Part shown: positions 39,600-51,900 of the stretch, piece after piece
How positions within the stretch are numbered: the first letter of the stretch is position 1
How the letters are laid out: each line of letters starts with the position of its first letter
Assembly (NCBI GenBank): GCA_950097015.1
Contig: CATNEN010000038.1
Coordinates: forward strand, 12,710,001-12,774,000
Direction of reading: 5' to 3'
Source: Macrostomum hystrix
Lineage: Eukaryota; Animalia; Platyhelminthes
Length of the DNA: 64,000 bases
Program-made: the position numbers and the translations under genes
The notes under the pieces: generated by a model
What the model saw: the letters and a program-made list of their open reading frames with translations, nothing else
What the model was told of the DNA's origin: nothing
The model's database searches: none

Positions 39600-41237
39600 A
39601 GGCGAGAGCTAGTGGCAGTCTATGATCCAATGTCAAGAAAAGTCACTTGGTTGAGGAATTCTGGTTTGCCGGTAAGTAAAAAACTCTTAGAGTACATGTG
39701 AGAAATAACGGAGTCTGTTTATGAGTCAATTTTGCATTCGCAGGTGGAACTCCCCCCCAGTGGACGCCCCGGAGCTGGTAACTCAGCAGCTTCGGCTGAG
39801 TGGCGGTGGCGCCATCGGGATTGTGTCGGCATCGTCCGTCGGTGTCGCTCTGTCCGCTGCTGCCGTGATGGTCAATTATGGCTTCAGGGAGCTGGAACTC
39901 ATCAAGATGAGCAGTCCACATGTGAACAATGTGATTGGAGCCGGTTGTCTGATGTGCTACGCCTCCTGCATGGCCATGGGCCATGGCCGTCAGCTCGTAC
40001 TGAGGCTCCGTCAGCGCAGCCACCTGCTGGGCCCAGACGGCACTGCTGACGCTTGGCTACTCGGCCGCGTTTGGCGCCATACTGGCCAAGACCTGGCGGG
40101 TCCACCGCATCTTCACCAACATCAGCCTGCGGAGACTGGTCAGCATCTGGCACTGACTAGAGAGCGACTCGGGAGTGACTAGAGAACAACTAGAGAGTGG
40201 CTAGAGAGTGACTAGAGTGACTAGAGTGACTAGAAAGAGACTCAGGAGTGACTAGAGAACAACTAGAGAGTGGCTAGAGAGTGACTAGAGTGACTAGAGA
40301 GCGACTAGAGTGACTAGAGAGCGACTAGAGAGTGCCTAGAGAGTGACTATATTAAAAGAGAGACTAGAGATTGACTAGAGTGACTAGAGAGTCACTAGAG
40401 AGTTAGAGAGTGACTCGTCAATGTCTATAGAGTGTCTAGAGTAACTTCAGTGAGTGTATGGAAAGACCGAATAGGTTTATTTAATTAAAAAATGAAGAAA
40501 TTTTAGTAACATGTGATATACTCGTACATGTTTTGATCACTACCTTTTTGCTGATGAATTGAGTAATCGACTCAATGAAAAACTCACCAACACCAGAACA
40601 TCAAGGACGCACATTTGTTCGGCGTTATTCTGGCTGTTCTATCAGCCGACCTGCTTCTTCTGGCCATCTGGGGACTCCTGGATCCCATGCGAGTTGTCAT
40701 CACAGTCCTCCCAGCTGCTGTGGTAAGTGGGGTGACTGCGGCTGCAACTGCATACTGGCGTCCCTGTGTGAATGCTGCCAATGACGATTCTTATATTTTG
40801 TATTCCTTCCTTTCGGAAGACTTTCACCATGGCAGTTTCTTCACTAGGCAGATTCTTCACTAGAAAGATTCTTCACTAGGTGTTTTGAGAAAAAGGCAGA
40901 TTCTTCCCGGTGCAGATTTTCCCAGGGCAAATTCTTACCTAGGGCAGATTCTTCCCTGTGGTACATTCTCCCCTGAGGCAGATTCTATACTAGGTATATT
41001 TTTTCCTATGCAGGTTCTTCATTTGGAAGATTCCTTTCCGGAAGAAGATTCCTATAATCAAGTATACTGTTTATATATGGATTTCCTTTGAGAATATTTA
41101 GTTAAAACTACGGAGAGCAAAGCCATTACTCGTATATTTACAGGAAGCAAAAGATGGCAGACAAACCAGAACGGTAATTGAAGAGTGCCAGTGCAACAAC
41201 ATGGATATTTGGATTGGCATCGAGCTGGGAATCAAAG
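39600..41237 (+). pseudogene. Class C GPCR (GABA-B receptor-like) 7TM fragment; intron-containing, frameshifted
   Basis: PPVD, IKMSSPHVNNVI, LGYSAAFGAILAKTWRVHRIFTN, IKDAHL..WGLLDPM, EECQC..WIG..GIKG across four exons; TM6-7 and ectodomain not found. Confidence 0.75.
40155..40440. repeat. GAGTGACTAGA-type minisatellite
   Basis: Degenerate tandem array just after a splice donor. Confidence 0.8.
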
Positions 41238-42923
41238 GTGAGACAAAATGTTTAACGCCCCTTGTCAATAATCAAGTTAAGAAGGCACAAGGACGCACTC
41301 TATCACTTTTTTAGAATTCATTTTTTAACAATATGTTGTGTGCATATAATATAGCGTTGATTTATTGAGAGTGCACGATCGCGAACCAGGTGCCACATAA
41401 ATAAGTTAATGTTATCAAACAACGACTATACACGAGACAAAGTCAAATGCAGGCTGCACGAAAAGCTGGATGTAAATCTGTAATCTGTGCCTTAGACGGA
41501 TTAACTAAGTAGCTGAATTGGACGAAGCAGCGGGGCCAACAGCAGCAGAAGTCGAGCCCACCTGGTTGTTCGACCCGAAACGATAATCTAAAATTGCGGT
41601 AGCTGCGGGTTAAATAGAAGTGGTTTTTTCAGCAGAAAAGCTTACATGGTTTGCTTTGCATCCGAAAAAGTTTATTCGACAAAAATTATACATTCATGAA
41701 AACTCAACAGTTCTAGCCAAAAAAACAAGAAAGCTAGAGACTGGAACTAAAGAGCACGAACTGCTCTCCCCTGCACGCACCGCTCATTAAAGCTCTCTAA
41801 TAGGCTGACGTTGTTTGCTAAAGTATAGACATTAACAAAAAGGGAAATTAAACTTCTTTATAGTCTGAAGATTTTGTCAAACCATTATTGCATTGAGTGC
41901 AATAACATGGATCGACAGAAAAATAATCCTTAGCTTTTTATGCATAAAAAGTAAATTCTTCACTGCTGATACTTTAGTATAACTATTGGCGAGGCAGTCT
42001 AGCTTATTGGATAATTTTCATGTTAATTATAAAGACTTAATTTATTAAATTAATACTAAGCATTCCAGTTAAAAACACGTACTCTCGCTTGAGCGAACCT
42101 AAGCCAATTTTGAATAATGTTTGATCATACGAGCGTATTTTTAAGTCAATGACCATTATATAGGCTATTCGTCGTTATTTTAGTAATTTTTTTTGGTACT
42201 GATCTAGTAATTTCTAGTAAGTTAAGAAACGAAGATATAAGCTATTATATAAGCTTACTCAAGTACATCGCACTCCAATATACGTTTTTAGTGCGACTAT
42301 ATCCATCGAACACGAGGGATGGCATCTGAGTCAAGGCCACCTAATACACAAAAACACAGTAAAAAGACACAATTACGCCGAATTTACTTTAATAGCCTCT
42401 AAGCGAGTTTCTCTAGCAAAAATTATTTCGCGGGTTTCGCGGGTTTCGCCTTTCGCTGGTTCCTCCACTTATTTGTCGACAAAATTAGCTGCGCAAGAAA
42501 GTGTAAGGTGCCTAAAATTATGTAAGAAGGAAAAATTTTCATGCCCTTTTTACATATTCAGTTCTATAAAATTTTGGCTAATTTGTTTTTATTTTATTGA
42601 CACAGCTTCGGTTTAAACGCAAAATACTTTTGCACGGCCGTTAACTTTGCTCTCTTTCGTAGTTAACATTAAAGTTTCGAACAATAAGGCAGACGATTTA
42701 ATTGAATCACATTCGGGCGATTTTTACTGAAATATTCGAATCTTATGACCAATAGGATTTTCTGGGTTCCTAAACTTACGTTTAATTTGTGATAGAATCA
42801 TAAAATATTCAAGCTAACCATTTTCGGGTTGCTTGACTACTTTTAGTAACTGGGCCGATCCTGTCCATATCCTGCCGTTTTACTTTGTGGCTCTGTTTTG
42901 GAGGCTTATTTTAAGCACGAATC

Positions 42924-45900
42924 ATGTCTACAGAAAATGGAAAAAATCCAAGTGAGTCTGAAGGATATCGTGGAATACAAGTTTTTATTGAGAAGAAAAT
43001 CCGAAACCTAGAAAAAAGGAAGGTATGTAAAGTGTTTTTTTTCATGAAGTAATAACCCTCAAAGAGTCAAGTTTTTCTGATGTCTTCTAAAAAAAATTTT
43101 GTATTAGTATACTTTTATAAAAAACTGAACTTTATATTTATGAAATGTATATTTTCTTTCAATCAAGCTACTTTTTCCATTTTAGGCTAGGCCTACCTGA
43201 TGCATTTTATTTAAATTCATTGCTTGATCTATTGTCTTGTATTAGTTAGGACTAGGCTATAGCCCAGCTAACTAGCTAGAGTAGGGGCCTATATCTAATT
43301 GTTCAGAAAAAAAGCTGTCTCTAGTTAGCTAGGCCAGAGACAGAAAACCACAAGCCTAGGTGGTAGTAGGCTTATTTGTGTCATCTTTTATGTTAACTCT
43401 TGTCATATGGCCTATTTAAACAATACAACGGACTGCAGTGGATGCAAAAAACTAAAGTGAGACCAATGTTGTAGTTTTTTATTCAAGTCTTTAATATGGC
43501 CTAAAGAGTTGCTAATGTCTAGTTGATATTCTAAAATCTTGATAATAACTTTGATAACTTTGTCTCATAATAATTAACTTGGTAAAATATTTGCAAATTT
43601 AGAGCTCTGAAGGCTATGATATAAAATAAAATATAAAAAACTACTTTTTCATTCTCACTGTTCTCCATTGCAATCCTTTTGCTGTTCAGCAGAGGTTGTA
43701 GCCTAGTGGTTAGGGCATCAGACTCACGACTTGAAGGTTGGGGGGTTCGATTCCCGACTCCATTGGAACAATTTGCATCCTTTAGCAAGACACTTAACTC
43801 TGCATTGCTTCAGTTCACCTAGCTGTTAAATGGGTACCAGTATCAGCTGGGATAATTGAAGGTGGGTGTTGCGTCTCCCCAGTCCGTGGACTGAACAGCT
43901 GTATGCAGCCTTCAGATACGCTGTGCATTAGCTGCGGCTGTGCTGTCGGCTGCACATCTGACCCAATGGGGGTACGTTTATGACAAATATCCAAAATATG
44001 ACATTGCACAAATTAAAAAAAATGACAAGTGTGTATCCTTATGAGATTCTATTGAATTTAAGCCTGACACATCAAAAATGACTGTTGCACTTTCATTTGC
44101 GCAGGAAAAATGATTTCTTTGGCCCTGTTCAATTTCAATCAAGTTTTACGCCAATGCACTACGTGTATATTTGCTAGCATTTGCATTGCATCTGTGTTTT
44201 GAACAAAAAAGCACAGAAATAGTTAATTACTTTAGTTATATAGATTGCCGGCACATATGCCAGAAGTAAAAAAAGATGTCTGTAATTTAATGATTTGACT
44301 GTCATTTAATGACCCATTTTGAATAATTTTTCAGACAATGCCAGATTTTTACTGAAATGATCTGCCGAGTTAGTCACACATTAAGTACAACAAGTTAAGA
44401 AAGTCGTAAATCCATGTAAATTGATAGAATAAAGTTCATAAAATGAAATTGAATTCGCAGCATTTTACAGCGAATATTGTGTAGAGTAGAGCAAAAAGGC
44501 TTGTTGCAAAAGACATGTATCTGCAAAATGCAGCGTATTATAATTCACAGCCATCATATTTGATACAATGTGCAGTCGTCTTTTCTGTGCGTACAAAAGA
44601 TGCGGTTTTGGATATTTATAAACATGTCATGTTTTCTAGAATGTGCAGCCATCACTTTTGTAGTCTCACTGAAAACACAAATGTCATATTTTCTAGAATG
44701 TGCAACCGTCACTTTTGTAGTCTCACAGAACACACACATGTCATATTTTCTAGAATGTGCAGCCGTCACTTTTGTAGTCTCACAGAACACACAGATGTCA
44801 TATTTTCTAGAATGTGCAGCCGTCACATTTGTAGTCTCACAGAACACACACGTCATATTTTCTAGAATGTGCAGCCGTCACGTTTGTAGTCTCACAGAAC
44901 ACACAGATGTCATATTTTCTAGAATGTGCAACCGTCACTTTTGCACTCTCACAGAACACACAGATCTATGTCATACTTTCTAGAATGTGCAGCCGTCACT
45001 TTTGCAGTCTCACAGAAATAAGAGAAAAATTTTTATGAACAAAAGTATACTTTTAATAATTATTGCAGCATGAAGATTTGTGCTACTGTTTAAAAAATTA
45101 ATAACTAGCGATAAACTTCAAAGTTTACTTACAAAATTGAGTTGGATTACATAGAAAAGAATTAGCATAGTGGTTGAAATGATGACCAAAAAGCTAGAAC
45201 ACAATTCCACAGGATATGACAAAGTACAATGACGCATTAAAAATGAAACATTTTCGCCTTGAAAATGACGAAATATCTGCTCAAATTCTAATTGTTTGTG
45301 TGATTGACAGTTTCTTTGATGCCAATGAAACCGGTGAATCATTTTCTTAGAAAGCACTTTGAGCTTTGAAGTATATGAGCCCTATTATGAATGATTTGTA
45401 GTAAACAGTTCGATTAGGATTTTGACATAGTCGTAACCTTTTCTTGGATAAGGTGTATCAATTATATGACCTTTTAATAAAGGCTTACATAGAAAAGAAT
45501 TAGCGTAGTGGTTGAAATGATGACGTAAAAAGCTAGAACACAATTCCACATGATTTGGTGAAGTACAATGACGCATTAAAAAAGAAACATTGCGTGGCTT
45601 TTAGCCTTGTAGTTTAAAAGCAATAGTACAGGAAAACTATGCTTCTTGAAGTTTCTCAGATCTAATCTCCCTGTTACTCAGTATCTAATCTCCCTGTTAC
45701 TCAGTATCAAATCTCCCCGTTACTCAGTATCTAATCTCCATGTTACTCAGTATCTAATCTCCCTGTTACTTAGTGTCTAAGTAGAAGAAGCATGTAAACG
45801 ATCTCAGAAGCAGAAAGCTTGAGTTTGAGTAGAGAAAGCAGGATATAGTTCAGTAAAAATGTTTTACTGCTTAGCTAAATAGCAATTTAGTCGCTTTAAT

Positions 45901-48900
45901 TTGCTCAACGTTAGGCTTTGGCGTGCCACGTTTATTCCTGCCAACAGAGCAGGATCTTCACTGCAGTTTGCAATTGAAGAGGTGTCAGTCAGGTTGAACA
46001 GTTTAACATTTTTATTAGATACCCACTCTTGAGTCAGTGGCTGTTCATAAAACTGAACATGCAGGAAACGATTGCCATTAGAAGTTGTGCGCGTATAAGT
46101 GCTTGTCTTTTGCTCTTGACAAACTAGTGCTGGCCACCAAGGAAAACTCTTTAGTTTTGCTAGCATGACGTCACCCTCTGCAAAAGTTTGCGTCTGAACC
46201 TTCTCTTGCACTAGTGTTAACTGATCTTTAGGCTGAGTTGGTAATACTATCCTTGAAATGGCTTGCGCCTTTGACTCTCTTGCATGATTAGCAGTTTTGC
46301 AAATCTCTGTTGGGCCCTTCGACTTAACTCGGTTTTTGCCAACTTTAGGGTTGATTTGGCGGCTTAGATTAGCTCGTTTAGGTGCCTTTTTGATAGGTGC
46401 TGTTGAAGTTTTCGCCATCTCAGCATCTTGCACCTCACTGAGAGATTCGGGAGTACCTAGTTCAACTCCAGACTCCAGAGCCAGCTGGCTCACTTCTTTT
46501 TGTGGCTCTGAAAGAGTAATTTCGAAGAGCTCTTTTGCAACTCTTTCTCCTTCTTTGGCCAGAGTAGACTTATTTGCCATGTAGCTTTGCACTGCTACAG
46601 CTTTTGTATGAAGCATCCGATTATGCAGGAGTTCTTGTTTTTCTTCGGTGAAGTACGAGGGGTGTACTGAAAGTTTTGAGATGCACCAAAACCAAAAGTG
46701 TCTGAGTTAAATTCTCTGTCACAATTTTTCAAAGTAGTTGCCACCAGCTTGTGCACATTTCCTCATTCAGTGAAACCACTGCATCCAGGCTCCAGCCCAC
46801 TGTTCTTCAGGCACTGCTGAAACCACCCGCTCGAACTCGATTCTTGCTGCTTCAGGGCTCTCAAACCGAGTCCCGCGCAGTTGGTTCTTCACCAAAGGGA
46901 AGAGAAAGAAGTCGCAGGGTGCCAGGTCCGGCGAATATGCAGGATGCGTCACCAGCTGGACTCCATTCTTGGTCAGAAATGCCAATGTTGCAGCAGCCGT
47001 GTGCGCACTGGCATTGTCGTGGTGCAGCAGCAGGCCACGAAGTCCGGTGCGCGGCCGGCGTCTGCGCCACGCATCAAACACCAGCGGCAGGCACTGGTTG
47101 ATGTACCAGTCGGCATTGACTGTACACCTGTCTTGGAGCGCTACAGTCGCCAGGTGGCCAGCCTGGCTGAAGAAAGTCGCCACCATCTGCTTCCCGACGC
47201 TGCGGGCCCGCTTGACCTTCGTTGGAGTGGCATCATCCGGAAGGAGCCAAACTGCCGACTGCTGCTTGGTTTCCGGGTCGTACTGGTAGACCCAGGTCTC
47301 ATCACCTGTGACAATCTCCCAGCATCGCTTCGAGGTGGCAGAGTCGAATTTTTCAAGCATGAATTCGCACCAACGCACCCTCTCTGCTTTCTGGTCCTCC
47401 GTCAGGTTGTGGGGCACCAATCAGGCACATCGCTTGGAGGCTCCCAGCTTGTCATGTAGGATGGTCGTGACCGCTGCCGATCCAATGCCAAGAGCCTCCC
47501 TGATCTCGGCACAGGTCACTCGCCGGTCTTCGTCGATCATTCTCCGGACGGCAGCGATGTTTTCATCCGTGACAGCAGAAACTGGATGTCCCGACCGAGG
47601 CTCGTCATCAAGGCTGCTCCGGCCCCACTTGCATTCACTGTACCACCGAAAAACAGTGGCACGTGAAGGGGCTTGGTCTCCAAAGGCAGCACGTAAACTT
47701 TCAACGCATTGCTCTTGCGTGAGACCTTTACGCTGGTCGTAAACAATCATGGCACGAAAGTCACGGTTTGTCAACTCCATTGGAGCGAGTACAGTTTGGT
47801 AGGGGGTATTGACTTTGAAGAGTGATTGTGAAAAATTGACAAGAGCGCAAAGGCTGAAAAGTTATACTCATTCATTTTTAAGGTGGTAGAGTATGTACAT
47901 TAAAAGGTGTGCAGCTGCAACTTATAAGTCAGACGTATCTCAAAACTTTCAGTACGCCCCTCGTACTCCCAACCTTTTGTCATGAAGAAGTGGTGAATAA
48001 ATCGAACGTCGACCTGCTTCAGATCGCTCAAGATATCGTAAGTGCTGCGTAGATTGCGCAGGAAAGTCGACGATTGAAAAGTCGAAAGTCGCAGGAGAGT
48101 CATGCGAAAATGAGTGGTTTCGACGTTACGACCGTAATCGAAAAAATAATCAGAGGGAACAGCACCACAATTCAGTCTGTATTCACCATAGGACAGTAAG
48201 CTTTCCTTAACTTCTGAAACAGAAACAAAAATCGCACCTTGTACCGAGGTCTTATGGTCTGCAACTTCGAACATTGCATCGGGATCGCTTTGTAAATCTC
48301 TCTTCCACTCCACAAATTGCTCAATTTTTGCATTTGACACGGCGTCAGCACGATGAAAGTTGCCCTTGCCAAATATGAAGTGAAGGCCAAGGAATAAGAG
48401 CTGCTGTTGAGACCCGACAGAAGTAGATCCGGCGGCTTTTCGAAAGAAGTCCACAACATTTAAACAAACGTTTAGTTCATTCACCGAGAGAAGGCTTTTG
48501 TCCAATTTGTGCCTTTGCTTTGCTTCAGCGATTTTTTTGTCTCGAACTCTTGATTTTCCGTAACTCTGACACGTGCATAGAAATGATTCTAAGTCACTTG
48601 ACAATCCCTTGCTGGAAACAAGCCTTGAGAATGAGTTCTTTAGATATTGACCAAAGTGCTTTAATCCTTCAATGTAGGACTTCGTGCTGTCAGAGAATGA
48701 ATTGGATTTGCCAGTTAGGAAGACGGTTATTTGAGAGCGATACTTCTCTCTAATAATCTCTAGTGGTCAAGCAACTCCAAGAACTGACATAATTTTATAA
48801 AAAGAGACCTTCGTGACTGCTTAGCAGTTGACTCGGCAAATTACCCACCACCAAACAACCTTAGATGATTGTAGAAACTTTCCAAAGTTGGCTCAGAACT

Positions 48901-51900
48901 CCTTTCTTCAGCTGCATCAGATGAACTAATGTGCGCAGATTTCACCATCCAGCTACTTGAAACATATGACGAGACAATTTTCTCCTTCACTCCAGCAATG
49001 CACTCTTTTGCTTCTTCGGAGCTCATTTTATGCCAGTTTTTCAGGTGGCTTGAAATGTTAGTCACAGGAATTTCACAGCGTGGACAAACACCAACTATTC
49101 TTTCTGCATTTGAAGATGTGGCTATCAGATGTTCGTCTTCATCTTCTTCTGCCGATTCAGTTGAGTTTTCGAAATCAAGCGACTTCTGCAGTTCACAGTC
49201 CCTCGGCATCTGTGTAGTAGAACTCTGTGCTTCTTTGGCAGCAAGAAACTGGATAGTAAATCTCTTACTTTTTTCAATGAGACTCTTGCGGCCCTCAGAT
49301 CTGAGCTCGTCGGCATGAAATAGCTTGTAGTGTTCTACAAATCTGGATTTTTTTATTAAAGGACACTTGTCTAAGTGGCACCTGTAATCCTTGCCTTGTC
49401 GCTTTGTTGATTTGTCAATACTCTTTTTAACTTTATGCAGCTTACCAAATCGTTTTTCGTTGAATGAAATCAACTCCTCTCTAAGGTCATCAAAGAAAGC
49501 ATATTCCAACATCTGAACTTCATGCTTCCTGACAAAATGTTGCCTAATTCTTGATGCCTTAATAATGTGCCTTGGATCGACATGACATACATAGTCAATG
49601 CCTTGATGCGGCTTCAATATAGTCCTTTTGGAACTGGCAATGTTCCCGATCGATTGAAGAGACTTGTCCATTTTCACACAATGATCATCATCGATTGTGA
49701 TACAGATAAGGTCACCTTTACCTTCCAACAAAGCAGGCTGCAGACGGAAACTACTCGATGATAGAGACTGTGATGCCTCATCAGCATCGAGGTCACAGTT
49801 GGTTTCATTGTAGAGCCGGACTTTTGAATTACTATTTGCACCTACTTTCCTCTTACTGACATGGCTTGTCACTTGCACCTGATCAGACGCGGCAGAAAGC
49901 AACGCCTTCGGGTCGATGACTTGGACTCCATCTTGCACCTGATCAGATGCGGCAGTCAGTGGCGCCTTTGGGTCGATGACTTGGACTCCATCTTGCATGT
50001 GGTCAGACGCGGCAGTCAGTGGCACCTTTGGGTCGATGACTTGAACTCCATCTTGCATCTGATCAGACGCGGCAGTCAGTGGCACCTTCAGGTCGATGAC
50101 TTGGACTCCATCTTGCATTTGTTTAGACTGTGGATCATCAAATAGAAGATTATGCATCTCTAGCATTGAAATTGGTGCATCGTTTAGGAGATGTTGAAGC
50201 AGGCTTGTGGATGCATCTGGAGGCTTGCGTGCTGGCCGATTAGGTGACCAATGATGGGGTTCCATCACTGAAAAGCTGAAAGAAACCGAATTGGACTGAA
50301 TTTTTTCTAGAATGTGCAGCCGTCATATTTGAAGTCTCACAGAACACACACATGTCATATTTTTAGAATGTGCAAGCTATCACTTTTGTATCCTAAAAGA
50401 CACAAATTATTCTATGGATGCTATTAGCTCTGGTTGAAATAGATTATAATTATAATGGCAATATGAACACTTTTTGGCTCTAAATAAAAATACCTAATCA
50501 TATTAAAATATGCATAAAGCTGCTATTTTATCTTTAAAATTATAAACAACTTATTCAAAGTAGTTAAAGTAAAACTAGTAGACATCTAACCTACTTCAGT
50601 CTATATAACTACACTTAGATCTACCTACCAAAATATATAATATACAATAGGATACTTAATAAGAAATTGGACAATTATGATCTATTATAAATTGCTATCT
50701 ATATAACAATAAAAAGTTAAGGGATTAGGCAGCTAAATATATTAATTAATCTATAGTTGAAAATATGAATATATAAATCTAAAATAATAAACTGGTATAT
50801 AATCCTATATAATTATACTTTCTAGGCAATATCATTATCATTATTTTGCTAAATTATATTAGAATAAGATATTTAGTTGAGCATAAAAATACTTAATATA
50901 AATTTTGAATATATACTTACTATGATAAGATTTAATATAAGATACAAATAGCTACAAATAACTATATACTAGTTCTTCAATTGTTGACATTTTTAATCCA
51001 CGTTTATTTCTAATGCTTAAAAGTTTATTATATTTTTGTATTTCTTGAACTTAGGCATCTAAAATACTTCTTGGTCTCTAATTGTCTCAAAAATCCTTTT
51101 GGAAGATACCAATGGCTCTCTTATACCAGGTGGCCCATGCGTTTAAGGACAACTTAAAAATAATCAAATGTATATACATTTTTAATATAAAAACAACCAA
51201 CAAACGAAAACTTTAACATTTTAACTGACTGCCATAATGTCTAGATGGCAACTAAAAATAACATTTACTCAATGTAGCCCCCCTCCGCTGCATACACGGC
51301 TTCAATGCGAGACCGAAACTTGGTACAGGCACCTCTGATGACGGCAGGGCCCTGAGCTGACCAGGCAGCACTAATAGCAACTTGGAGAGTCTCCACGGTA
51401 GCATAAGTTGTTAAACATGCAACGCGGGCCACGTTGTTCCACACAAAGTAATCGAGAGGGGAACAGTCTAGACTCGATGGTGGCCAAGTGGTCGCATCCC
51501 AGAAGTCCTTGCCAAGCTCCCGGCGAAGAAATTCTTGAGTAGCAACAGCCGTGTGGGCAGGAGCGCTATCCTGCTGAAAAACAAACGTACCTGGGGCAAA
51601 GTTGTGTCGAATCCATGGCAGTACATGATCCTGCAGCATGAGGATGTACTCGGCTGAGTTGATTTTCACTCCAGCTGGTACCCAGATCGGGGGAGCCACC
51701 CTGCCGTCCGAAGCCACTACACCGAGAAACATGGCACCTTTGGCATGTTGCTGGCGAGGCATGAAGCGGTGTTCCTCCGCAGCAGAGCTGGAGTCTCCTG
51801 ACGGTGCCAGATATCGGTCATTCTGTCGATTAAAGGCCCTGTCGACGGTCCAGAACTTCTCATCGCTGAAGATCAGAACCTTCCCGGCGTCCGGTCCTTT

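Noticed and set aside
43692-43765. tRNA gene
   Set aside because: tRNA-like head continues into a SINE body shared with 33961-34213; acceptor stem does not pair well
47421-47423. In-frame TGA in transposases as selenocysteine or readthrough
   Set aside because: Better explained as ordinary nonsense decay; no SECIS evidence
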